This document shows, one piece after another, positions 48,401 through 57,731 of a DNA stretch of 64,000 bases. The notes under the pieces were generated by a model that saw only the letters and a list, made by a program, of their open reading frames with translations, was not told the DNA's origin and did not search any database. This stretch comes from an uncultured Planctomycetota bacterium. GTDB lineage: Bacteria; Planctomycetota; Planctomycetia; Isosphaerales; Isosphaeraceae. The stretch is taken from the NCBI GenBank assembly GCA_963845755.1, contig CAWJTV010000039.1, positions 352,001-416,000 of the forward strand. Direction: 5' to 3'. The position numbers were made by a program, and so were the translations under genes. Every line of letters starts with the position of its first letter. The stretch's first letter is position 1.

Positions 48401-48778
48401 CGAATGGGCGAGTGCTGGCTGCGATCGGGCCAGGTGAAGCTGGCCGCCGGCGACATCCCGGGTGCCGCCGCCGAGTGGCGGCGCGCCGTATCGTCATACG
48501 AGGACCTCAAGTACCGCGTGGGCGAGCTTGCGATGTTCGAGGCCGGTTGCCATGCGATGCTTTCCCGAATTGCGGGAATGAGCGGCTCGGGCGTTTCCGC
48601 TTCCGAAGGACGTTCCGAAGCGGAAAAGGCCATGGCCACGCTCCGCCAGCTCGTCGCCGAGGGCTACCATGCCCACGAGCTCAGGATTGAGTCCTGCCTG
48701 GAACCGCTTCACGCCCGGCCCGACTTCCAGCTCCTGATGATGGATGTGGACTTCCCGGCCGAGCCGTTTGTGCCGTGA
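45470..48778 (+). CDS. Ser/Thr kinase with TM helix, coiled coil and TPR-like repeats
   Basis: HARGGLGAV, HRDIKPGN, DWG, GTPAYMSPE; uninterrupted 1102-aa ORF; RBS CAGGAG. Confidence 0.92.
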   Translation: MAAAHDLLFGLLALQNGLIDQVQLVAAFQAWTRARDRPLAEHLVARGDLDAEQRAGVEGMVVLHLKKHGGDLEKSLAAIHAGRSTHESLARVADSDIEASLVHLGPASTQANEDLDRTANYSVGTATSDGQRFRVLRPHARGGLGAVFVAMDTELHREVALKQILDKHADDLVCRQRFLLEAEVTGGLEHPGIVPVYGLGTYADGRPFYAMRFVGGDSLKEAVARFHDGDALKRDPGRRSLELRKLLRRFLDVCNAIEYAHSRGVLHRDIKPGNVMVGRHGETLVVDWGLAKAQGRADAAGLSGERPLVPSPASGSSETLPGSALGTPAYMSPEQARGELDRLGPRSDVYSLGATLYCLLTGKPPVESDDIGEVLRHVQRGDFPPPRKLDTSIDRALEAICLKAMALEPDNRYGSCKALADDVEHWMADQPVAAWREPWTRSLVRWLTRHRTGVTAAGAAMLMALVGLGAVSGVQARANGELRRTNDALFAANTRVVQANVDLKEANDKTNRANQELQAANVRERQRFDLAMDAIKLFHGEVSKDLLLKQRQFETLRGKLLQGAADFYGRLEKLLKDRKDQDSRAALGRAYEELGELTIDIGNSNEALAVFQKAIQVRQALSQDSRADDTIKLDLARNLRSRGFLLEGMSNRPAATASYEEALAIVKTLKPTDGMTEPLFRVEARITHSIGWLHHAMGNEEESVAWLRQSCKILEKGLASGLGQTASPPDKESLLFLVNTLNALSGPLGALIRLSESLADQQRALEITQRLVASEPSDPTILNSRAVTLYNIGGLYRSMARSAEAFSAFRAGLDVLEKLVNDYPAVVEYRRFQARCFNGCGDTAQEMGRPVEALAYFHEALAAWKRVVADNPDRYAEPVELASAHNRIGWLQFGMGRIPEALEQYEAARVVLQNLLDRYPPHILPRTRSELSNILINIAELQRMQGRLTEARANCDKAVTIREAVIKEFPEVVGYRVRMGECWLRSGQVKLAAGDIPGAAAEWRRAVSSYEDLKYRVGELAMFEAGCHAMLSRIAGMSGSGVSASEGRSEAEKAMATLRQLVAEGYHAHELRIESCLEPLHARPDFQLLMMDVDFPAEPFVP

Positions 48779-48805
48779 ATTCGTGTTGAGGGATGCAGCC
48801 GGTTC

Positions 48806-48975
48806 TTACGACTGTGTCGGTTCGTGGTGCATGCCGGTGCCGAAGATGGTCAAGCCCCGCTTGCAACAGAGGCTGTTGTCGACGCCCGGGACCAGGATCC
48901 CCTCGGGGTACAAGTCGTGGACGGCCTGGCGTGCCCGCGCATCGTAGAGGTCGTCGATCCACCCGGGTGATTGCC
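48806..48975 (-). pseudogene. Transposase fragment (IS701-like/DDE)
   Basis: Translation WIDDLY...GILVPGVDNSLCCKRGLTIFGTGMHHEP resembles the DDT-L-x-R-K-R-G...GMHHDP segment of IS701-type transposases; no intact gene or ends. Confidence 0.55.
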
Positions 48976-49259
48976 GGTTGGGCCTGCCGATCCGCAGCGC
49001 GACGGTCGAGAGCCCGATCAAGCCGATGAACCGTCGCAGGAAAGGGACGGAGCCGTTCGGGAAGGAGGGGGGACGGAGGCCCTGTCGCAGGTGCGAGCGT
49101 CGTCCGTGAGCGAAGCCGGTCGGGCGGCGCGTTATGGGTCTTGGCCGCGGCCGCACCCACGCGTCAATGGGACCGGTCGCCTTCGCCCTTGATCTGCACC
49201 GACAAGCACGCGGTTGCATCCGAGAAGCCGCCCGAGGCAACCTGGTGAATCCCGGAGGC

Positions 49260-49886
49260 CTACTCGCTGGCGGCGAACCGCGTCTCGCCGATCGGGTCCA
49301 GCTCGTCGAGGCGGCGGCGGACCTGTTTGACGATCCGGTCGATGGTGGCTTGGCCCGCGTGGCGGGCCATCGTCAGGACCTGGCCTCCGGCGTCGATCAC
49401 GACGTGCAGCGGCGGGTCGGCGGTCTGGGCGTGGAACTGACGGCGGGTTTCGGGACCGGCCAGGTAGACCGGCAGGTCAACACCGCCGGCCGCCACCGCC
49501 GCGCGGACCACCGCGGGATCCTCGGCCTCGACGGCTGCCGACACCGGGGCAAACCGCCGATGCGCCCTGAGCCCCTTCCAGGCCGCCTCCAACTCCGGCA
49601 GACAGGCCCGTCCCGTCGGCGACCCGGCCGACCAGAAGACCAGCCAGACCACCCGGTCGTTCAGGCCGATCAGCACGATCGGCTCGGATGTCTTCAGGTC
49701 GAGCAACCGGAGTGGAGGCGCCACGTCGCCCACCGAGACGTCGGTGACCTCCGGCCGTTGTCGCGAGGAACCCGGTCCGTAACGGACCCACGCCGCCCCG
49801 ACGACCGCCGTGACCGTGACCACGCCCATGAGCGCGGTGACCGCGTCGAACCCGCCGGCGGCGGGGATGTTCGGTCGGTGTCGCAT
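49260..49886 (-). CDS. Membrane-anchored thioredoxin-fold (TlpA/AhpC-TSA-like) protein lacking CxxC
   Basis: Own RBS (GGGAGG) and ATG; TM helix; VGDVAPPLRL, VWLVFWSAGSPTG, PLHVVIDAGG. Confidence 0.7.
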   Translation of the reverse strand: MRHRPNIPAAGGFDAVTALMGVVTVTAVVGAAWVRYGPGSSRQRPEVTDVSVGDVAPPLRLLDLKTSEPIVLIGLNDRVVWLVFWSAGSPTGRACLPELEAAWKGLRAHRRFAPVSAAVEAEDPAVVRAAVAAGGVDLPVYLAGPETRRQFHAQTADPPLHVVIDAGGQVLTMARHAGQATIDRIVKQVRRRLDELDPIGETRFAASE

Positions 49887-49932
49887 CCATCGATCGGCCT
49901 CCCGGCCAGGTTGTTCGCTCGCCCCCCGAGGA

Positions 49933-51329
49933 TCAGCGGCCGATGACCTGCGGTCTGAGCGTGACGATCGTGTCGATGGGTGTGAGTTCGTCCTCGGGAA
50001 GGTCCAGGGCCATCCCGCGCGGCGCCGCGCCTGCGACAGCTTCAACCGTCGGTCCTTGCCGAAGAGGTAGGGCGTCCACGAGGCCGTCGCCTCGTGGAGG
50101 ATGATCGGCGTCTCGGCCCGCGGGTCGAGGATGTGCAGGAAGATCTCACTCGGGCTATCCCTCGACCCCTTGGCGGTCGAGACGCCCCAGGGCCGCGGCG
50201 CGATCGGGCCGCCGCGGGTGCCGTAGATCGCATCGCCGTGGGTCGCCAGCCACTTCCCGACCTCGATCAGCCGGTCGCGGGATTCCGGGCCGATGGTCCC
50301 GTCGGGGTGCGGCCCGACGTTCAAGAGCAAGTTGGCACCCCGGCCCGCGGCGCCGACCAGGGCGCGGATGAGCTGCTCGGGACTCTTGTAGTGGGTGTCG
50401 GCGGCACGGTAGCCCCAGGAGTCGTTGATCGTCAGGCAGGTCTCCAGGGGCAGGTCGGCGGCGACGCCGGCCTTGTTGAAGCCCGCCGCGTTCTCGCCGG
50501 GCAGGTCCTGCTCGAACATCTGGAAGTCCTCGCCGGGCATCGGCGCCACGTGATGATTGTTCCCTACCAGCGCACCGGGCTGGAGCTCGTGGATCATCCG
50601 GTACGTACCCTCGAGGTCCCAGTCGGCGTCGGGCCGGTCCCACCAACCGTCGAACCAGATCCCCCCGATCTCCCCGTAATTCGTGCAGAGCTCGCGCACC
50701 TGCCCCTGGTAATAGGCGACATACCGCTTCCACTCTCTCCGGGCTTCCGGGTCGTTGGTCTTGCCCGTCTTGCCCAGGGCGGGATAGCTGGGGTGGTGCC
50801 AGTCGAGCAGCGAATAATAGAAGAAGAGCTTGATATTCTGATCGCGACACGCATCCGCCAGCGCCTTCAACGGATCCTTGCGATAGGGCGTGGCGTCAAC
50901 GATGTCGAAGTCGGTCCGCTTGGTGTCGAACATGCAGAAGCCGTCGTGGTGCTTGCTCGTGACGGTGATGTACCGCGCCCCGGCGGACCTGGCCAGCTTG
51001 ACCCAGGCCTCGGCGTCGAACTTGGTCGGATTGAAGCGCGGGGGGAGCTTGGCATACTCGCGGATGGGCAGCTTGTCGTGGTCCATCACCCACTCGCCCT
51101 TGCCCAGCAGGGAGTAGACCCCCCAGTGAACGAAGAGGCCGAACTTGGCATCCTGGAACCATTGCCGAGCCGCCGCGTTGCGCTCGGTCCGGGATCCCGG
51201 GGCGGCGGCGGGTCGATCGTCAGGAGAACTTGCGCGGCCCGAGAGGCCCAGGGCGACGGCGATCAGGGCAATGCTCCCGGCGATCGCTCGGACTCGCGAC
51301 GCGTTCGACAACCGCACCGATCGGCTCAT
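49933..51329 (-). CDS. Alpha-L-fucosidase (GH29), secreted; frameshift ~50020
   Basis: WFQDAKFGLFVHWG, TSKHHDGF, YSLLDWHHP, IWFDG, ETCLTINDSWGY, NLLLNVGP; shifted frame ends ELTPIDTIVTLRPQVIGR*. Confidence 0.9.
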
Positions 51330-51450
51330 GGCGGTCCCTCCCGTGTTGGCCCCGGCCGAGGACGTCCTCTTCCGAGTACGATGGTCGTTCCCGGGCGCGC
51401 TGTCAACCCGGCGAGCCATGCGAGAGGGCGGAACCGCGTTCGAAACGACC

Positions 51451-51487
51451 AACCCGACCGGCGCGTGATGGGTGCGTCAGTCGGGTT
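51451..51487 (-). terminator. Possible terminator hairpin downstream of rpmB
   Basis: Minus strand AACCCGACTGACGCA-loop-CGCGCCGGTCGGGTT, but only a weak U-tract. Confidence 0.3.
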
Positions 51488-51516
51488 CGTAGGGGGGTGA
51501 TCGGGCGGACCGATCC

Positions 51517-51839
51517 TCAGATGGGATAGAGGTTCTTGAGCCGCTTGCGGGCCTCGGCGCTTCCCTTGGCCGCCTTGATCAGCGGGAACGTCTGCATCTT
51601 GCCGTCGACCTCCAGGGTCAACTGCCCGTTCCGGATCACCGAGGTCGCCACGCGGCACATACGCGCGTCTTGCCGTTGGGCAGCCAGATGTGGATCCACT
51701 GGAGGTTGGGCTTGAATGTGCGGCGGCTCACGCCGGTCGTCTTCTTGCCGACGCCGCCCAGGTATTTCGCCTTGCCGCGCTCGGTCTTGTGATTGCCGAA
51801 CGAGGTCTTCTTGCCACTCACGGGACATTCACGGCCCAT
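51517..51839 (-). CDS. rpmB: 50S ribosomal protein L28 (frameshift ~51660)
   Basis: MGRECPVSGKKTSFGN...GKAKYLGGVGKKTTGVSRRTFKPNLQ, continuing in the next frame as RVATSVIR. Confidence 0.9.
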
Positions 51840-51852
51840 CGCACCCGCTCCT

Positions 51853-51895
51853 CATTCCGGATTCCGGATTCGAGATTCGAGATTCCGGATTCCAA
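51853..51895. repeat. Heptamer run (GATTCCG/GATTCGA) between rpmF and rpmB
   Basis: CATTCCG GATTCCG GATTCGA GATTCGA GATTCCG GATTCCA. Confidence 0.8.
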
Positions 51896-51954
51896 ATAAT
51901 CGACTGCCGATCTCCGAGGCCAAAACGCCGAGCCGAGGAACCCTCGTCACCCGG

Positions 51955-52170
51955 CTACTTCTTGGTCTTTTCCTTATCCTTCTTGGCCATCGGATTATGC
52001 GGCTTGCTCCGCTGGACGTTGCCGCATTCCTCGACCAGGTCGCACACTTTGTGCGGCGGGATCGCCTGCTTACACTGCGGGCAGATGTTCAATGCGGGAG
52101 CGACCAGGAAATCGTGGCTCCTTCGCATCCCTTGTGCTGATGGCGACTTACGCCGTTTTGGTACAGCCAC
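51955..52170 (-). CDS. rpmF: 50S ribosomal protein L32
   Basis: MAVPKRRKS...MRRSH...CPQC...PHKVC; GTG start with GGAG upstream. Confidence 0.92.
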   Translation of the reverse strand: MAVPKRRKSPSAQGMRRSHDFLVAPALNICPQCKQAIPPHKVCDLVEECGNVQRSKPHNPMAKKDKEKTKK

Positions 52171-52303
52171 GAACTCACACTCCGAATCCAGTCCGGTTGC
52201 GTCAATTTCCGGGGAAAAGTCTTATTATCCGAATCCCGGGTCGCATTTCAAGAGCGCCCTCGCCGTGCGCCGTCTTCTCCGGCCATTTATCCTGACGACC
52301 CCC

Positions 52304-52359
52304 TTGCCAGTTTATGACGACCGTCGTAGAATCGTGGAAGTTTTACGACAAAGGACGTA
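52304..52359 (+). promoter_or_regulatory. Sigma70-type promoter with two palindromic BlaI-type operator boxes
   Basis: -35 TTGCCA (52304-09), 17-bp spacer, -10 TAGAAT (52327-32); boxes TATGAC-N4-GTCGTA (52313-28) and TACGAC-N4-GACGTA (52344-59). Confidence 0.7.
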
Positions 52360-52387
52360 ATCGGGTCTTTCGCCGCGAGGGGATGCC

Positions 52388-52795
52388 ATGCCAGAGCGAC
52401 GAGCCGCGCCCCGGCTGACTTCCGGGGAGATGGAGATCCTGGCGATGCTCTGGGATCGCGGGGACTTGACGCTCTCCGAGGCCCACCAGGCGCTGGGGCG
52501 GCCGATCGGCTACACGACGATGCAGACGCGCCTGAACCGGCTGGTCGCCAAGGGGGTGGTCTCGCGGTCGGAGGGACGTCCCGCCCGTTACGGCGCGGCC
52601 GTGGGCGCCGAGGCGGTCGGCACGCGGCATCTGGATCTCCTGCTGGAACGGATCCGGGGGTTCAAGATCGTCCCCCTGGTCGCCCATCTCGTCCGGGATC
52701 GGCGGCTGACCTCGGAGGAAATCCGCGAGTTGAAGCGATTGATCAACCAGGCCGAGGCGTCGAGCCGTGGCCATGGTGAGGAGGACCGGTCATGA
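52388..52795 (+). CDS. BlaI/MecI/CopY family transcriptional repressor
   Basis: LTSGEMEILAMLW, YTTMQTRLNRLVAKG, LTSEEIRELKRLI; ATGA overlap with the M56 gene. Confidence 0.92.
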   Translation: MPERRAAPRLTSGEMEILAMLWDRGDLTLSEAHQALGRPIGYTTMQTRLNRLVAKGVVSRSEGRPARYGAAVGAEAVGTRHLDLLLERIRGFKIVPLVAHLVRDRRLTSEEIRELKRLINQAEASSRGHGEEDRS

Positions 52796-55700
52796 GCCTG
52801 CGCGCCGATGAGATCCTCCCGATCCTGCTCCGCACGACCGGGTTGCTCGCTCTGTCCGTGCTGGCGGTTCGCGTGGTGCTTGGCCGGTTTTGCCCGGCTT
52901 CTCCCGCACTCTACCGCGCGGCCTACGCCCTGGCGCTGCTCCAGGGCATCCTGATCGTACGACTGTCCATCCCGTTGCCCTGGGGTGGGGGGCTGATGAC
53001 GAGCGATTCGCACGCGCCATCGTCCCTCTCGAGGGACGAACCGACGGCGTTCCCCGCCATGACGCCCACAACCACCTCATCGGGTGAGCACACGCAAGAC
53101 ACCGGACCGCCGGCAAACGTCGCGGCCCTCCCGACCCGCCACGACGGATCGGCCGCGATTCCTCGGTCCGTCGTGAACTGGCCGGGATTCCTCGTCGCGG
53201 GCTGGCTCGCGGGCATGGTCGGATTGCCGGCCCTGCTGCTCGTCGGTTACGTCCGGTTCGTCCTCGGGCTCCGCACCAGGCCGCCGGACGAGGCGGTCTG
53301 GGCCGAGGAGTGGTCGTCGCTGCTGGCCGAATGCGGCGTCCCGCGATCCATTACCCTCCGGGTGAGCGATCAGATGGGCCCGATGCTCTGCCGCATCCCC
53401 GGCGGCTACTACCTGATCGTGCCCGGTTGGTTGTGGCGCCGGCTTGATGCCGCGGAACGGCTGGCGATCCTTCGGCATGAGCTGGCTCACTACACCCGGG
53501 GCGATCTCGGAAAGTCGCTGGCGGTCCACGCGCTGGCGCTGCCCCACTGGTTCAACCCGTTCGCCTGGTGGGCGGTGCGGACGTTCGACGAGTGCGGCGA
53601 ATGGGCCTGCGACGACATGGCAACCGGAGGTCCCGGAACCAGCACCAGCGTCGCGTACGCCCGGGCCTTGCTCCGATTGGTGGAAGCCGGCCCTCCCACA
53701 CCTGCGTTCGGTTTCTCGGCCCGGGGCCCATCGCTGTCGACCCGCGTGCGGAGGCTCCTGCAACCTCGACCGGCTTCCGACCCGCTGCGGACACGTTTGG
53801 CTCGTCATCGGCCTTGCGATCGCACTCCTGGCGTTCCACCTGGTTCGTCCCGAGCTGGGAGCCAGGCCGTCTCGGGCGGCCGATCCTGAGGGCAACCGGT
53901 TCGACCTTTACGGCGATCCGCTTCCGCCCGGCGCGTTGGCCCGGCTGGGAACCGTGCGGTTCCGTCCGGGCCAGAGCGTCGAACGGCTCGCGTACGCGCC
54001 GGACGGGAAGACACTGGCCTGCTGGGACTCATCGAACACCCTCACTCTCTTCGAGGCGGCGACGGGCAAGCCGATTCGCCGACATCCCTTCGCGCAAGCC
54101 GGGGCTCACGTGCTGACTTACCTGCCGGGCGGCAAGTCGCTGGCGGTCGTCGGGTCGCACGACGAAGTCGTCCACTTGTGGGATTTCGCCTCGGGAGCGG
54201 AGCCAGCACCCGACCTCGGCCCGCGCCCGCTTCTGGGGTGAGGGAAGTCATGATCGGCGACGATCGTGAGAAATTCTCCACTTTCGCCGTGTCGCCGGAC
54301 GGCAAACTCCTGGCCGGCGGCAGCTCCGGCTTCGGCGATCGGGGCCGGATGATCCGGCTCTGGGACGTGGCCACGGGGAAACGGCTCGACGAGTTGAAAC
54401 CCCGGCGCGACTTCGAGCGACGGCCGAGTCACATCCTCTGGATCGCGTTCAGCTCCGACGGCCGGACGCTCTACTCGCTGAGCGGCGATCCTGGCTGGAG
54501 TCCCGGGATGTTCAACAAGGGAGGAAGTGGTATCCTCTACACCTGGGACGTGGCCCGCGGCGCGGAGGTCCACCATTTCGCGGTGCCGCTCCCTTCGCAA
54601 CAGGGGTTCCGGCGGACCCTAACCATCTCGCCAGACGGGCGGATCCTGGCCGTCGGGGCACCGACGAAGCCAATCCATCTGATCCGCCTGGCCGATGGCA
54701 CGGAGCTGCTGCGAATCGACGGCCTCGGGGGACGGGCCCACACGCTGGAGTTCTCGCCCGATGGGACGCGTCTCCTCAGCGGAGGAGAGGATCAAGCGGC
54801 CCGGATCTGGGACGTTGCGACGGGCCGGCCGGTCGGAGAACCGATCAAGCACCGATCCTGGGTCGAGGCCATCGCCGTCGCCCCCGGCGGGCGCGTGGCC
54901 GCTTCCGGCGGGCAAGACTATCTGATCCGGACCTGGGACCCGAACACGTCTCGGGAGTTGGTCCAGAGCCCGGCTCACGAGTTCTGGGTGGCGGGTATTG
55001 CCTTGTCGCCCGACGGCGCGACCGCGATCACGTCCTCCTGGCACGACACGATCCGGATCTGGGATGTGGCAACCGGCCGTCAACGTCGCGTGATCGGTGA
55101 TCCGGATGGGGCCGGTCGCCATGGCGCTGTCTCCGGACGGTCGTGTGCTGGCGGTCTCGGCCGGCCGGCCCGCAGAGATCCGCCTGTTCGACCCCGATTC
55201 GGGCCGAGAACTGAGGCGGCTGCACGGCCGCACACGGGGCGTCTACCAGTCGATGGCCTTCTCCCGCGACGGCAGCCGGCTCGTCGCCGCCGGCGGCGAG
55301 GATCAGACCGTGCGGCTCTGGGACGTGGCCACGGGCGAATCCCTGTGGATCATGAAACACGAGGAAAGTGTCCGCTTCGCCACGATCTCCCCGGACGGCG
55401 CCACGATCGCCGCCGCAGGCTGAGGACAATCGACGGGAGGCGCCGGCAACGTCATCCGAATCTGGGATGCGAAGGACCGGCCGACAGGTCCGCGAGCTCC
55501 GGGGACTCAAGGGATCGGCTCAACGCGCTGGTTTTCTCGCCCGATGGAAAACAGCTCGCGACCGGGGGGATGTCGGTTCGTGAAGGCGTTGGAGACGGCG
55601 GCCGTGGATCTCGGCTCTCCCGACTTCAGCGACTCGGTCCATCTCTGGGACGTGGCCACGGGGACCGATCTCCGCCAGTTCCCGGGCGAACCGGCCGAGT

Positions 55701-55957
55701 AGTGGGGCCGAAGCCGAACCGTCAACGCCCTGGCGTTCACCCCCGATGGACGTACCTTGATCACCGGCGAGGGTGACGGCACGATCGTGCTCTATGACGC
55801 GGCGACCGCGGCCGTGCGGGCCACACTCCGCGGACACCTCAATGGCGTCAGTGCTGTGTCCGTGTCATCGGACGGCCGGAGGCTGGCTTCGGCGGGCATG
55901 GACTTGACGGGCTTGGTCTGGGATCTGAACAGGGTGCTTACGCCGGCAAGAAAGTAG
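52792..55957 (+). CDS. M56 (BlaR1/MecR1-type) metallopeptidase fused to WD40 repeats (several frameshifts)
   Basis: TM helices, HELAH zinc motif, HWFNPFAW, EWACDD; then TM, DLYGDPLPPGALARLGTVRFR and WD repeats to LTGLVWDL. Confidence 0.85.
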
Positions 55958-55958
55958 G

Positions 55959-57350
55959 TCAGTCTGGAAAGCCTGACCGACGTGGGGCCGCGACGGGCTC
56001 CAGGCGGATCCGGTTGCGGTACGTCCCCGCCCGGTGGCCGACGCAATCCCAGCCGCGGCCGACCGACGTCGCCGCCAGCGTGACGAAGATCGATGCCGGT
56101 GCCGTGGGCGAGGACGAGTCCGCCGGAAGGCTGAACTCGATGGCATTGACCGGCACGCCCCAGCCGGCCGTCGGCGAGAGGGTGGTGTCGGCCTGGGCCG
56201 CGTAATCGTCGAGGGAAAGCCGCGCGACGGCTCGCTCCTCGTCGTGGAACGTGATCGTGAGGGCCTGCTCGGGCTCGAGTCAACCGCGGGCTAGCGTGTG
56301 GAATGGACCTTTCTCGCTGTTGGACGCCTCGACGACGCGGAACGTCCGATCGGCCTCGACGAACGCAAACCGCGCCGGCCGGCCGAACGGATAGTCGAAG
56401 GGCCGAACCTCGATCCGGGCGCCCGGACACGGCGAGAACTCCAGAAACAGCCGGCGATGCCCCCGGACCTCGACGTCGCAGAACGAATTGAGATGCGAGT
56501 CGATCGGCCGGTCCAGCCGCGTCGCGGCCTCGAGCGCGATCCGGCCCGGCTCCGGCCCCGCGTCGACGCGAGCGTCGCCGAGCCTTGTCCTCGGAACTCG
56601 TAGAACAGGACGCACGATCGCTCATCAAGTCGCCGGCCGTCGCGGAACCGGGGCTCGGGGCCTTCACGATCCCGGCGCGGACCAGCACGGTCGGGCATCC
56701 GTCCGGGGATTGGTTCAGGAAGGTCAGGAGCGGCTGGACCGAGATCGTCAACGGCGCCATGCGGGCGATCAGGGAACCGTCAGAAGTCTGGACCATGGCA
56801 TTCGGTTCGAACCGGACACTCCCGGACGGCGTGTGGTTCGCCGTGTCGGAAAGCAACTCGATCGGGGCCAAGGGGATGTCCCGAGGATGGGTCGCGGGGG
56901 TGGGTGGCCGCAACGTGGCGGCGGCGCCGCGCCGGCCAGGGCCGACCCGATCGCCAACAGCAAACCCCCAACCCATCCCCGCGCGCCCGGCCCCCGCCAG
57001 GGACGGACCGCGGCCATCGCCATGGTGGCGGCGATCGCCACGGGCACCAGCCAGATCCCCGCCATCGTGATCGGGAACAGGATCCGCAACACGATGCACC
57101 CCCCGACCCAGGCCGCGGGCCATGCGGGCAAGAGTAGCCGGAGGGCCGCGATGCGGTCCTGCCGCAATGCGGCCAGCGACGCGATCGACAGTCCCAGGAC
57201 GACCGGCGGCGCCACGCGGTTGGACCAGAACCGCGGGTGCCCGAATCCAAAACCGCCCGGCGACAACCACCACCACGCCAGGGCCAGCAGACCATGCCCG
57301 ATCAGCACCATGAGCCAGAACATCCGCCGGATCCGCTGCATCAGACTCAC
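55959..57350 (-). CDS. Hypothetical membrane protein (N-terminal TM helices plus soluble domain; frameshifted)
   Basis: GAGG-preceded GTG; several hydrophobic helices; pieces 56769-57371, 56280-56615 and 55959-56156 join into one coherent reading. Confidence 0.6.
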
Positions 57351-57731
57351 GCCCGTTTCCTCGCCGCCCATTCCACGCCCCTTCCAGCTCGGCCCCGCCG
57401 GATGAGTCCTCTCGCCGTACAGGAGACGAAGCCTTCCGTGCGCAGGATCAGTGGTGGCACAGTTCGACGTTCGCCGATTGTTCTTTGTTCTTCAGACATG
57501 ATCAGAAATGAGGAATTCCGTATTTTTTCCCGTAGCCTTCGGGCGAGAATCCTTTATTACTGATCATGTCACTGAGGCACGACCTGTTTCGATTCGGGTG
57601 CGACTCACTCGCCCCCGTCACGGGCGGGAACCACGTCCAGCCCCCGTCATTGCGGCCCATGTCGGTGCGTTCGCATCGTCTTCGAGAGTCGATGGATGAG
57701 GTGTTGCCTCCCAACATCTGGAGATTTTCTC

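Noticed and set aside
49260..51452. 730-aa fucosidase-thioredoxin fusion ORF
   Set aside because: A frameshift near 50020 bypasses the natural fucosidase end (PIDTIV...TGA at 49933), and the downstream gene has its own RBS and ATG.
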